Origin: Podarcis cretensis
Lineage: Eukaryota
Assembly: GCA_951804945.1 (NCBI GenBank)
Contig: OX638160.1
Location: 59,706,001-59,770,000, forward strand
Length of the DNA stretch: 64,000 nt
Direction of reading: 5' to 3'
Made by a program: the position numbers and the translations under genes. The notes under the pieces were generated by a model. The model worked only from the letters and a program-made list of their open reading frames with translations, made no database searches and was not told the DNA's origin. The number at the start of each line of letters is the position of its first letter. Position 1 is the stretch's first letter. Positions 24,339-37,100 of the stretch are shown piece by piece.

Positions 24339-26802
24339 TGTAGAACATGAGTCACACAAGGCATTTCTGAGCAACACAAGCTCTGTTGATGATCACATTA
24401 TGTGAGCCAGGTAATCCCAGAGATGGACAGTCACAACTCCTGTGATTGTAGTAACAGTTAGATGCTGTAGAGAAGCTGGCTGCCACCAACTGCATGTGGC
24501 TGGTTATTGCTGGAAGAGAATCGTGAACTAGAAAGTCCATTCCTATTCCCTAATGTGCCAGCACAACCAGATCAGCACAACCACATGATCAGGTGATTCG
24601 TTCACCATGTTTTCTCCCCAGGAATGCGTACCCAGGAAAGTGTGGGGCTGCTTGTGTAGCATAAAATGTGTTTATGGGTTTGCTCTGAAACCATTGTGTG
24701 GCTACTCCCCACACAGGGCCGGCCCACCCATGATCCATAGGGCCTCCAAGCAATGCATCTCCCATGGTGGCAGCAATGGCTGTGGCATGCTCCTTGGAGG
24801 TCTTGAATCTTCTGCCTTCTCAGAAGCCACCCCTCTACAGCAGCCTCTTGGTGAATAGGAAGCGCAGCTGGTCTCCTCCCACCCCATGGAGGAAATTGCA
24901 GGGGCTGCCCTCTGGGGTCTTCTGGGCTCCACACCCACCCAGCTTTCCCCCACAATGACTTTTGATTCCCAGTTCAGCTGTTGGGCAAGGTTGATTTGAT
25001 TTCCCCCATTGTTCCCAATGTAGATCTTCACTCTCTTCTTCTCTGGTGGGGAGGTGGTGCCGTTTTGTAGTTTGCCTTAAGGCACCAAAACATCTTGGGC
25101 CCAGACCATCATCAGCCCAATTTTCTGAAGGTTAATCCTAGGACAGGAAGGAGCTTGTAGCACAACTCCTCCTACAAGGCCCAGGAATTCTTACATTATC
25201 ACAGTGGCTCCCAGGCCAACGTAGAGGCTTGCACCAAGATTCTCTCAAGTGTGCCTTTCTCCCCCATTCTGTGCTCAGCCCACACCGGAAAGTGGACATC
25301 TTCCTCCTTGATCATTCATGGCTCACTTACTTGAAAGGGCAGGTGAACAGGGAGGTTGAAGAGCAGGGCCAGGAGACTACAAGGACAGGCAGTGGACCAC
25401 ACCATTGTGGCACACCACCATTATGATGATGCTGACCCTTGACACTGGCCATCAAAGCAGTAAAATTAAAATCCAACCTAATATGATTAGATAGTTAGAT
25501 GGAGGTTAGGTGGTAAGTAAAAGAGTAGCAGAAAAGAAGCCTGATTTTGGCGACCTAGCAGTAAACTTGAGTAAAGGTATTAGTTCTCTAGGAACATGCA
25601 GTAAGTTTTAAAATATCAAATTTTCCCAGCATGTAAAAAAGTGTGACTTATATACATTCATCAATGGCTTTTGCTTGGGACATTTCTTTTTGTGGTTGTG
25701 AGATCGCTGAAGATCAGAGAACTATTTTTATATTGTGGAGGGTTGTTTTTCTTAAATCTGGCTCATTTTTTTTCTGGACAGTGTATTCAAACTGATTTTT
25801 ATTAGGAAACCAAAGCCAAATATTTTGTTAAATTCAAGCTTAAAATTATTTTTGCGTGGAATTAAGTGTGTACATTTTACTTATTCAAACTACGGTCATT
25901 TGAATTTTCCATTTTGTTTTGGCTGCAGTCCTAAAAGCCACCTAAAATTATTTGCAGAGTAATGCTGAGGCATCTAATCATAAGCCTGCATTTTTATCAA
26001 AGCTTATATGTTTAATCAGGGCTTGTATTTTAAAAATGAGCTTAAAGATCTTCAAATGTTTTATGCCAGGCAGAAGACCAGCTGCCTAAGAACCTTGGCA
26101 ATGTTTTTACTCCTAGACAAGGGGGCCCCCTGATTTATAGCAGAAAACAATTCTCAAAGTCGTAAAAAGGGAATTACAGGCTGAGAGCCAAGGTTACACT
26201 GACCCTACAAATTAAGGGTGGATAAATAGTAAAATGAGCCATATCTTCTTCGTAAGGTTAAAAAGGTCAAGAGCAGTGAAAAAGCAACTGGTCTGGCTGG
26301 CAGAAACAGAACATTTTTGGGAAGTCTTTTCTAAAGCTGGTGCTGTTCCATCCAGCACTTGCCGGCATTAGGTCCCAAAATGGATTGTGAGGATAGAGCA
26401 CAGGCAGCAATTGACCTGCTGGATCCTAAGCAGTGCCATCCCTCCGAGTTCCTGGGGCTCCCCCCATCTCCTGGGCGGCACAGCACAAAGTAAATTAACC
26501 TTCCCCACCATCTTCTGCCCTGGCCAGTGTGAGGCTTTGGGATGCAGCAGTTGCCCCACCACTGCACTTAGACCTGCTGCTTCCCAGCCAAGGTTTGGAT
26601 TGCTGTTGAGTTTCTCTAACATCAGTTAGATGGCTGATAAATTATGGTTTTAAGAAGTATAACCTTATTTTCTGCGCACCCCACCCCCCAATAATCTCAG
26701 TCCTGTAGCTGGAAAGATTCTGACATTAAAAAATGTCCAAGCCAGTAATCAAGTGTCTCATTTAGGTTAAAAATGGTGTGATGACATTACAACTACCCTA
26801 AG

Positions 26803-26805
<3 letters not shown>

Positions 26806-26841
<36 letters not shown>
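26806..26841. repeat. (ATT)n microsatellite
   Basis: Direct reading. Confidence 0.95.
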
Positions 26842-27241
26842 GTACCCCTGTTCTAAAACATGATAAAATGAGGGTAAATGACAAGCAATGGGATAAAACT
26901 GTTGATTCTGTACGGTTTGAAAAATGTTCACTGAACCCTTGAATCCAATAAGAACTTGGTTATGTGTTTTAAGTTCTCAAAATAAGAATGGTATATTACT
27001 ACAAGATGGTTGCAGCATCTCAAAGAGACTCTAGTGATAGCAGAACTTTATGAGTGACAGTTTGCTCAGATTATGGAGGCAAGAATACCTGCACTGAATG
27101 TTAGTATTCAGAAAATACTTCCATTTTGCTTTGGGCTCTACACTTCATCTCTTCTCTATCTTATCTCAGGTCCCCCTATGTTCCTTTTGGCTATCTTTGT
27201 CTCAGCTCACTCCCTCTTGTTCACTTATCCTTCTCTCACTT

Positions 27242-27244
<3 letters not shown>

Positions 27245-27282
<38 letters not shown>

Positions 27283-27308
27283 CCCCTCCCTCCCTCCCTC
27301 CCTCTCCT
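27245..27308. repeat. (CT)n and (CCCT)n polypyrimidine microsatellite
   Basis: Direct reading. Confidence 0.9.
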
Positions 27309-27615
27309 CTTATTTAATTTATAGCTGGAGAGGTCAGGGACTGAACCAAACCCATCAGTCCTTAGTTGGGTTTACATTGTAAGTCATCAATCCTTACTAT
27401 GCAGTGACTCACAAAATCTTCCTTTTGACTTCATATTTCAATAGTTCTTTGCCTTGCACATTATTTTCAAAGAGGGCTTGAGGCAGCTAATACACCAGAT
27501 TGCTGTTAGCCCTTATCTGAAGTTCTTCCAGTCATTTGTGTTTATAGCAGTGCATTTGTAACCACTATGTGGCATCCGTGAATGAACATGAACATCTTGA
27601 CTGTCTTATCCATAG

Positions 27616-27717
27616 GTGATTGCCCTTTACTCCATAATTCTCAGCCAATCAACCAGCTTCCCTCCATGAGGTCTGACCACCATCACTACCCAGCCATTGA
27701 TGAACCTCTTCCGCCAA
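27616..27717 (+). CDS. HECW1: HECW1 exon preceding WW1 (DCPLLHNSQPINQLPSMRSDHHHYPAIDEPLPP)
   Basis: Acceptor ttatccatag, donor CAA|gtaagc; 102 nt, phase 1 to 1. Confidence 0.93.
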
Positions 27718-27989
27718 GTAAGCTTTAGTTTCTTAAAAATATACTACTTTTTTCAACTCAAGTTTTCCTGTTTATCTGAAGGGTACATATAACTAGGCAG
27801 TGTGTAAAAAACCCTGAAGAAAGTTCACCTGTCGTTCTGAAATTCTTTTGATTCCTCCAGAATTACTGTATGAGGAATGAACCTCCAGATTTGTTTAAAA
27901 TTTTGCTTTAAGCAATTGAAGTTGCTGAAACTGAGAAGCCAAGTCAGAGCCAACAGCTTTGTGAACTGAAAGAGGTAGACAGTTCAAAC

Positions 27990-28330
27990 AGGTAATCGAG
28001 CAGCTGGTGCAAACTGCTGCTTCCTGTCCCCTATAAGCATATCCAACCAGTATTGTACTAACATAAGCATATCCAACCAGTATTGTACTAATTGGACTGC
28101 CTACCATGTACTTCCAGGCTCAATTCAAGGTTTTGGTTTTGATCCATAAAGTCCTTCACAGGATGGGGCCGACCCATCTGAAGGACGTTTTTTTCTGCAG
28201 AAGTCCACAGACTTGTTGTATTCAGGTGATCAAGTCCAGCATCATAGGCCATCGCTGCAGGCAGTTAGAAGTACATTAGCAAGGGGCAAGGTTTTCAGCA
28301 GAGTGACCCCCAGACTTTGCAATGATCAAT
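27990..28330 (+). mobile_element. Degenerate L2 ORF2 fragment containing a 30-bp tandem duplication
   Basis: cagctggtgcaaactgctgc (QLVQ-like) and caattcaaggttttggttttgatccataaa (QFKVLVLIHK); boundaries approximate. Confidence 0.6.
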
Positions 28331-28564
28331 GAGGTGGAGTACAAATTGGGCTGGTTTCTATAAAGCATCCAAGGTTTTGTTTGTTTTTTAAGCAGGCATT
28401 TGATTACAGTAAGCCTGCAACTTACACACATTTAACTTGTGTGCATTCAGCTTTAAAAGTGCATCAAAACTAAATAAATAAAAAGGGGCGGAAAGGAGGC
28501 AGGGTTGCAGGGAAAATAACTTTGGCAATCCCACTTGCCATTGAACCCAATAGGCTTGGACTAT

Positions 28565-28717
28565 GTGCACTGCTCTGGTTCGCCAGAAGCAGCTTCATCA
28601 TGCTGGCCACATGACCCGGAAGCTGTAGACCAGCTCCCTTGGCCAATAAAGTGAGATGAGTGCCGCAACCCCAGAGTTGTCCGCGACTGGACCTTGTGGT
28701 CAGGGGTCCCTTTACCA
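28565..28717 (+). mobile_element. Sauria SINE 3' fragment
   Basis: catgctggccacatgacccggaagctgt ... caggggtccctttacc. Confidence 0.85.
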
Positions 28718-29024
28718 GTTTTGGCTTTATGCATGATCCCCAGAATGTAATACCCATGTAAGTTGCTGGCTTACTGTTTTTTATTGGCATGTGTCCTGTT
28801 TTTATCATTGTTGTTTGCTGTTTTGTTTTATGGTTTTTTTCTTGAACTGTGGCAGTTTACCGTTTTTACAAGGACAGGATTGATGGCCAGTATAGCAGAG
28901 GATTCAATAGGGTATACCTCTCTCCTGTGAAGGTGGAAGGAAGTGGAGCTCACACCATAAAAATTATCTTTTAAAACTCTCTATAATTTCATTTTAAATA
29001 CTTTGCCTTCAGTCCATCAGTGTA

Positions 29025-29352
29025 CAGTGGTGCCTCGCAAGACGAAAATAATCCGTTCCGCGATTCTCTTCGTCTAGAGGTTTTTTCGTCTTGCGAAGCA
29101 AGCCCATTGACAGCTTAGCGGATTAGTGCTATTAGCGGTCTAGCGGCTTTTAGCGATCAGCTGATAAGCGGCTTAGCGGCTTAGGAAAGGGGGGGGGGAG
29201 CGGAAAAAACCCGCAGGAACTCACAAGATTTTTTCGTCTTGCGAAGCAAGCCCATAGAGAAATTTGTTTAGCGAAGCGCCTCCAAAACGGAAAACCCTTT
29301 CGTCTAGCGGGTTTTCCGTCTTGCGAGGCGTTCGTCTTGCGGGGCACCACTG
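29025..29352. mobile_element. Tc1/mariner (Tigger-like) MITE with TA TSD
   Basis: TA|CAGTGGTGCCTCGCAAGACG...CGTCTTGCGGGGCACCACTG|TA; second copy at 46226. Confidence 0.92.
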
Positions 29353-29874
29353 TATCCTGCACTTGATGCAAAACTTTCTGGAAAGTTCTCACAAACGTGC
29401 CTTGCAGAATTGAATCAGAGCTACTGTTCATTTCAGCTAGGTTTTTGCAGGAAGGCAGATTGTGGTCTTGATGTGTTTAATAAATCTTCAGCTGTTTAAA
29501 AAAAAAGAAAAAAGATGAGGGCAAATATCTGGAGATAATTAATGTCACACTGAATAGGGCTGGGTAATTTCTGGTTTTCAGCATTGTGATATATCACAAG
29601 CTAAACTGCTATATACCAATATATCATGATGTCTGAAATAAGGATGGAATAATGTAAAGGCAAATGGGGTAATGTCTAAAACTACTTAGGGGTCTAAAAC
29701 TGATAACATTTACTTACCTGTAACATATAGTTACAAATGTTATTTTATAGTACAGATAATTTTTAAATTAGCACATTTTTTCTAAAATTAAAGCTGTAGC
29801 ATATTAGTAGCATAGATATCAAAGGTAAAGTGAGAATGTTCCGTTAATTTTTAAAATAACATTATTTGACAGAC

Positions 29875-30515
29875 AGAAGGTCTGAAGATCTCAAAACCTG
29901 GGCAATTTCCTTTGAGGGAATATACAGGTAGTCTGTCAGATCGCTTGGATCTAAGCCATAGAGGGTCTTACAGGTCACAACCAGCACTTTGAATTGTGCC
30001 CAGAAACAGATGGTTAGCAGGGGAGCTGTTATGTAGCTTGGGAACTGTTATGGATGCTCCCTATAGCAGCCCCAGTCAACAATCTGGCAGAAGCCCCTCA
30101 GGAAGGAACAGAGCCATTGTAAAACAGTGCCTCCAAGTCCCTCCCCAGCAGGAGACCATTGGCCCAGCAGGATACCATGGTCGATGCTACTGAAAGTCAC
30201 TGAGAGGTCCAGCAGAACCAGCAGGGACACACTCCTCCATCCAGTTATCAAGAAATCCACCAAGGCGACCAAAGCCGTCTGTCTTATAACCAGGTCTGAA
30301 ACAAGATTGAAGTGGATCTAGATAATCAGTGTCCTCCAGAAACCCCTGGAGCTGAGATGGGATCCCAAAAATGGGATATTGAGATTGCCAATGTGGGAGG
30401 GCTTTTTCAATAGAGGTCTTATAACGGCCTCCTTAAATGTGTGGTAGCTCTCACATTTTCTAGGATCCCGTACATCCTTGGGCTGTACAGACTGGAAAGT
30501 ATTCATTAACAGATA
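29875..30515 (-). mobile_element. L2 LINE fragment (RT region), rearranged and degenerate
   Basis: Minus ORFs contain LLVLLDLSVTFSSIDHGILL (RT motif LLDLSAAFDTIDH-like) and FKEAVIRPLLKKP. Confidence 0.8.
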
Positions 30516-30671
30516 GCATGTTAGTGGGGTAAAATTCCTGGAGTGGCAGTGACATTTCTGGAGCAGAACTTGAATATTTCTGTTTTGTCCTTCCGGGTTT
30601 ATGCATTTTTCACCACTTTTAATATGCCTATTCTTCATAAGGAGTACCTAGCATCTTGCATTAACAAAAAA

Positions 30672-30690
30672 TGTCCAGTAGATGGCATAC
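30672..30690 (+). promoter_or_regulatory. Candidate CTCF-binding site
   Basis: CCAGTAGATGGCA matches the CTCF core CCASYAGRKGGCR; motif match only. Confidence 0.3.
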
Positions 30691-33533
30691 TCTGACCTGT
30701 AACACTGTTGTAATCTTTCAGGTCTAAGATATTACTGCTTGGTTATAGAAAGTGCCCAGTGTGTTCAAAAACTATGTAAAGTTTGCAAAGAAAGCTTTAT
30801 GTTTTTGTTTTTAATCCGGTTACTTTGTTTTTGGTGACCTTCCTCCACTGGGCTGTGGATGATCCCTAAACTTCATCACTGGATTTGATTCTTACTTTGT
30901 TGATGCAGTAAAGCCAAAGGAAGCCTTCAGTTGCCTGGAGCCTTAGCTGAAGTCTGCTGTAGATTAAGGGAGAAGAAGGAAATAAGAGAAGTTCATATAA
31001 TAGGCAAATATGTCTCTCCTCCAAAATCTTTTCCAACCACTTTGCAAGTGAAGGCAAATTAGATTTCAGATTACAGCCAGATGGCCTACTGTTATTTAGG
31101 AAGAACGCTTATGTGGACTCTGTACCTAAATCTATGAAGATTCTATGGATTCCAGTTATTTTCAGTCCTAGGGGCCCTTTAATTCACCCTTCTACATTTT
31201 CATCTATATTTTACTGATAGGTTTATTGACAGTGTTTTTTGTGGAGATTAATTGATACGAAATCCCAAACATAGAAGCATAAACAACTAAAAGGTCTTTA
31301 CTAATATATCCATTCGTATCACTGAATCTTTAGTAGCTATATATTCTATGTCCCTGAACATGTTTGTCTTTCATGTGCCATGCCAACTGAATAGTTGCTG
31401 CCAGAATTGAATTATTCAGTTTTCCATTTGATTTGAAAGCCACATAGGGACAATAATTCTCAGCGGCATGAATTTTTAAAGCACATTTTAAGTACACGCT
31501 GCAGCCTGATCTAAAGATTTTTCATTTTTTTCCTGGCATTTGTAATATGCCTTTATTGCTTCCTGAGTAACTCACCCTTAAGCAGGGAGAATCTATTTTA
31601 TATCTGAAGGTGTAAACATGGATTATCGTATGCTTGACTTGATGGAGAAATATGTGCTTGTCTTAAAGTATTTTTCCAGTGAAAGCCAAGGAGGGATGGT
31701 TGGAATAAGATGAAATCTTCCTGAAAGGTCTAGGGTATGACCACTTGGGAGAATTCAAAGGACTACAGAATATTCACAACAGCTTTTCTGGGGCCTGAGA
31801 GGCAAGAACTTATGTGTACCTTTCAAAACAAACTAGCCCGATATAACCACTGACTCCATTCCAGTTAAAATTCAGTGCTGTTGAAACGAATAATTTTATT
31901 GCTGTCAGTGAGATTTAAGCTGTAATCCTAAACACACACTTATAGGGAACACGAACCATTGTACGTAGTGGAGTATGCATAGGATGTGACTGAATAGCTG
32001 CAGTCCTAAATACACCTACTTCAGAATCATGCGCGGCTCTTTGGGACAAACCTCTGAGAAGACATGCATACAGTCTGCTTGAAGTGATGCCTAACTGGAT
32101 TGTTGCCACTTTCTGCCACTGTGTCCCCATCATCTTGGCAGGTGCCCACCATATTCTCCTTTTTAGCACTTGTACGTCAGCAAGCTCCTACTTCACTGGC
32201 TGGGCTGTTTCATATGCTATGTTTTTTCTACACCCAAACTCTATGTTAAACATGAAATGGCCCTAACTCAGAGACCTTCTTTCACAACTGTCTGTGTTCT
32301 TTGCAATACGTTGTCCATCTGCACTGTTGGACAGATCTTCAGTGTTCACCAATTATGTGGGTACATGTACCATAATGTCTAGTATTTGCAATCCTTCCCC
32401 ACTGCTTGTCATGCCACTGTGGTGATTTCCAGTTAAACTGGCAAACCTCTAGCTCTGGGCTTTCAAGTGGGCATTAACCATTGTATGAGATTTGTGTGTG
32501 CTTTCTACATGATCCATTGCATTATTGCACATTGTGGCAGGCTTACTAGCCATAGTAATTCAAATATAACCTGGGCAGGAAATGGTGTCCCAAACACTGC
32601 ATGTTTGTTTGTTATGTAAAGTAATTTAAGGTTGTTGATTTGGAGTCCAAACATTCCATAGTGTGGCTTTTTGTCCAGCAAAGCATACGTCTACTTTTCA
32701 GCTCCTTCTACGCATGCCCACAGTTATGGGTAAAATATACCCTTTACTTTTTTGGGATCGCCCTCATGAAACTTGGGACTATGAATAAGGCTAAATATGG
32801 GATAAAGGACAATTCCATAGATTTTCTAGCCCCCATCAGGGTCCTAAACCCTTTTTAAAAACCCATTTAAAAAATGCATGTGATTTTGAGATACTGGCCC
32901 TAATCCAGAAAGCCTTCTCTATGGGCAGGAGGGCCAAACACAATCTCATGTGTTTAAGAACCATTAATTTCAGTGGATGGGACAAGCACGATTTGGTTAC
33001 AGCTTTAAGACTGGAGATTGATTAGGAAGCTCAGGAAGTAAAACTACAAAATTTGCATTAGGTAAGAGCCCCACTCTGCAGTGTTGGGATACACTGTCCA
33101 GTTCAGCTTCCCTCCACCAAAAACCTGGGCACCTCGTGGTCTTGGAATCTGAACCTGTGCTGGATCCATTTTTGCCTGTACTTTAGCTGGCAGAGCTAGT
33201 CCAGTTCAGGAAGTCCACATAATCCAAATGTGACTTGGGCACCGTATTTCCCCCACTTTTTTGCCAGGGTGGTGTTTCCTTTGCTTCTGGATTCCTTTGC
33301 TGTTAAGCATTAGAATGCTCCTATGCTGATGTTCTTAAACAGTGTGTTTTACAAGTTGTTGGTCACTTTTTAAATCTTGTATTTAATTTAGGAATGTGCT
33401 TTGATCAGAACCCTGTGCAGCAGTTGTTGCTGTTTTCTTTTTGGTAAATATGTTTGCATAATACATTTTGGGCAGGAATGTTTATATATCTGGATTACCC
33501 TAATAGTCTAGATTTCTGGATGTCCACAAATGA

Positions 33534-33734
<201 letters not shown>

Positions 33735-33905
33735 TGAGTTTATGCTAGACCAAATTTCTAAAAAAGTTCTAGCTGAAAACCATCCTATTTGCCTTCATCT
33801 CCCATGCCTATAGGATCTGGCACACTATGCAGACAAGAGACGGCAAGTGCAATCCTATACATGTCTGCTCAAAACTATGCCCTACTGACTTCAGTGGAGC
33901 TTAAT

Positions 33906-34432
33906 CAGCGGCGTAGCGTGGGTTGTCAGCACCTGGGGCAAGGCAAGTAATCTGCGCCCCCTAACCCGGGGCAAGGCAAGTAATTTGCGCCCCCTAACCC
34001 AGGGCAAGGCAAGTAATTTGCGCCCCCTAACCCGGGGCAAGGCAAGTAATTTGCGCCCCCTAACCCGGGGCAAGGCAAGTAATTTGCGCCCCCTAACCCG
34101 GGGCAAGGCAAGTAATTTGCGCCCCTAACCCCTAACCTGCCGCCGCTGCCAGCTTCTTCTTGCTGCTGCCTGGGCTGGTCTGGTGTGGTTCTCTCCTGCG
34201 CTCAGCGCTGCGCTGGGTGGCTGCTGCACTGTCCCTCCCCCAGATAGTCCCTCCCTCCCTCTCTCTGCTCCGCACAGTGGGCGGCAACCCGGGCAGCTCA
34301 GATCGGATTCGCACAGCCAGCACTGTGAGAGAGAGAGAGTGAGCCAGGTAGGGGCAGAGAGCTGCGAGTGTGCCCCCAAAATGTTGCGCCTGGTGCGGCT
34401 GGCACCCCCTGCACCCCCACGCTATGCCACTG
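33906..34432. mobile_element. hAT-type MITE with perfect 8-bp TSD and an internal 33-bp minisatellite
   Basis: TIR CAGCGGCGTAGCGTGGG / CCCACGCTATGCCACTG; TSD AGCTTAAT at 33898-33905 and 34433-34440. Confidence 0.92.
33935..34131. repeat. 33-bp minisatellite, about 6 copies (GGGGCAAGGCAAGTAATTTGCGCCCCCTAACCC)
   Basis: Direct reading; near-identical units. Confidence 0.95.
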
Positions 34433-36349
34433 AGCTTAATTCAATGTAAGTGGGTATATAATTGCAGGCTGGGAGCATCATAAAAGGTGCTTACCAGATT
34501 AGAGGCAGATTGCAGTTTCCAAGAGATTTGAAAATCGTATAAAGGGAGACACAGAAAAAGATGTTCTCTCAAGGAGGGCAGAGTTAATATTACAGCATAC
34601 ACAGAGTGCTGCCCCCCCCCCCGAAAACCAAGCATTGTTAAGCTTCCCTTCTGAAACAGCTAATATAATTTTCTCAATGTCCTACTATCATGGTCCTTTT
34701 GTTTCCCTACTTCTGCTCAAAATCACTGGACAATACACAGCATAAATGCAATCAATACCAGCTTATTTTTGTGATTGTAAGTTGTTTTAAACTGTATTTA
34801 ATATTGTATTTTAATGTAACCTGCCCTGGGATCTTTGAGTGAAAGGGAGATATTATTATTATTAGTAGTAGTAGTAGTAGTATTAGTATTTTAATATATT
34901 ATGTTACATTACATTATGTTATGTTACCACCTGTAAGTTTTATATTGGTGGATGTCTGTGCGGTAGTTCGTTAATTTCTTTGTTGTTTTTGTTTTATATT
35001 ATGTTTTTGCATTTTAATTAAGTGTGAGGTGCCTTTTAGGTTTTTGGACCAAAATGTGGGGTGAAATAAATGAAACTCTTACATTACATAGAGAAAACAG
35101 GGTATGCTTTGATAGATGTTAAGAAGAAGGAAGAGCTCAACGTAGTCTTCAGCAGGAACCCCGTGCTGCTTGTTTAATTTTGCTTTCAGAATCACAGCTG
35201 GATCTATGAATTCTCAAGCATGTGTGAGTTTTTTAAAGTAATAATCAGGGGTTACTAAGTGTTACTGGAAGGATATTTTGATACTCCTCATCCTGAAAGG
35301 TTACACATCATGGTCTCCCCATGTTCCCCCTGTCACCACCACATGCCTGCCCACTTGTTTACACAAGGGAAGCTCGGCGCTGCAGCTGAGCACACAAACA
35401 GGTGGTCCAGCTGAGCACATGAGTGAACAGGCAGCCAGGTGGGTCTGTGAATGGCAGCAGCGGTGGGATTGGGGGATTGGGATGAGTTGTGTGGTAATGG
35501 GGGGTTGGGGTCAGATTGTGAGGGGGAAGTTTGGGTGAACTCTGAGGGAGGGAGAGTTTGGAGCAAACAGAGGGTGGGAAAATGGGGTGGGGTGGGTAGG
35601 CTGCAATGGGGGGGTCGAAGGAGCTCTGGTGGGATGTGGTGTTGGGTGAGGTGTAAAGGGAGGTGGTTGACAAGGGTGGGTAGGATGGCAGGGGTGGGGG
35701 CAGGTGGGGCTGGTGAGCAAAGCAAGCAGGGGCAGCAGTCCTAGTATTCCAGTATAAGGCAGGTGAACGTCAGTTTACAAATCTGTCTGAGATGTTTATG
35801 GGCAGATTTATTTTAAATGTTTTTACTTGACCTAAACTCAGGTCACACCAAACAAAGTGGGTCAGTACATGAAGATGCATGCTTCTGTTTTTCTTGTTAA
35901 ATAATTTATAATTTCACTTGACATTATATGACAGCAAAATCATTTTTCACTATAACCTCAGGAAATGTTTTTGTTTTTCCTCCTCTCTCAGTTTACCATA
36001 ATGATATTGTTTTCCATTGAAAAAACCTGGGCCTGGAACATCTATCCTCTAATTACACACCTTAAAGCGAATAGGCAGGCTAGTTGGGGGGTTTGTTATA
36101 CTTTAAAATGTGGGATAATTATCCTTGGTGTGCTAAGCGGGCAAATTCAAAGCTTCTTCCTTTCAAGACAGCCAAACAGGATGGGAGTTCTTCAGTCCGA
36201 TTTACAGAAAGGAGGATTATAGAAATCAGCTGCCAAGTGGCTGCCACCAGGAATTTTAGTAGTTTCCCTAAAGGCTTTAATTCCTCTAAAAATATCTTTT
36301 GTGCATAAGAGAACATAACACCAGTGAGTCCCACAAAGTATTATCTCAA

Positions 36350-36550
36350 GCATACTAGTGTAGTAGGTCAGACTACTACAAATCCCAATTCGTCCACAAA
36401 ACTCACTGGGTAACCATGGGCCAGTCACTCTTTCTCAGTGCAATCTACCTCACAGGGTTGTTGTGAGAACAAAAAAGTGTAACGTATGTGTGTGGGCCGG
36501 GGATATGTCATCCAGATCTCCTGCGAGGAAGGTGAAATAGAAATATGGTT
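36350..36550 (+). mobile_element. Degenerate tRNA-derived SINE (same family as 60713)
   Basis: ctcactgggtaaccatgggccagtcact...ctacctcacagggttgttgtgag. Confidence 0.7.
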
Positions 36551-36705
36551 GGGTGCCCTCAAGCTGCTGCGTTTGCTGTGATAAATGTGTGTGTAGGGAA
36601 TACAACTACACCAAAGCCCATTCTTAGACATAGAACATTAGCATGTCAGAGAGGAGGCTAAGGTACAACCATTTCCACTAACATACCAGTTTTCTACCAG
36701 TTTTC

Positions 36706-36706
<1 letters not shown>

Positions 36707-36744
<38 letters not shown>
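36707..36744. repeat. (ATT)n microsatellite
   Basis: Direct reading. Confidence 0.95.
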
Positions 36745-36980
36745 GTCTGGAGGACAATTTAGCCATGGTACCATCAATCTACAGGTTTACCATCTCACTT
36801 GCTGTTTGCAAGAACTAGGCAATGAAAAAATACTTTTTTAGGGAGCAATGGCAAATTAAACCAGTTCCAGACCTTGCTAGAAGAGATCATTTGGTTTATT
36901 TTATAAAAATAACATTTAATTGAATCAATATTAGCTTGATGTAATTGAAATATTTGAAATATTTATTTTGAATGTGCTAG

Positions 36981-36992
36981 CTTGTGTGCCAG
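36981..36992 (+). CDS. HECW1: Candidate 12-nt alternative microexon of HECW1 (adds LCAR)
   Basis: gtgctag|CTTGTGTGCCAG|gtatgc; frame-preserving in a phase-2 intron; TGC immediately before the TAG acceptor; TGCATG 51 nt downstream. Confidence 0.4.
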
Positions 36993-37067
36993 GTATGCTG
37001 TTAACACAACCTTCTTGCTCCCCTTTCTCTGTTAATTGTGCCATGCATGCTTCACTTCCTGCCCAAG

Positions 37068-37100
37068 ATGCGCTCCTTTCTCTTTGCCCTACACACTTAC
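37068..37100 (+). CDS. HECW1: Candidate 33-nt alternative exon of HECW1 (adds CAPFSLPYTLT)
   Basis: cttcacttcctgcccaag|33 nt|gtaaca; in frame with no stop; weak donor. Confidence 0.3.

Noticed and set aside
33935-34131. 33-bp repeats as a CRISPR array
   Set aside because: The units are contiguous with no unique spacers, lie in a eukaryotic MITE, and there are no cas genes.
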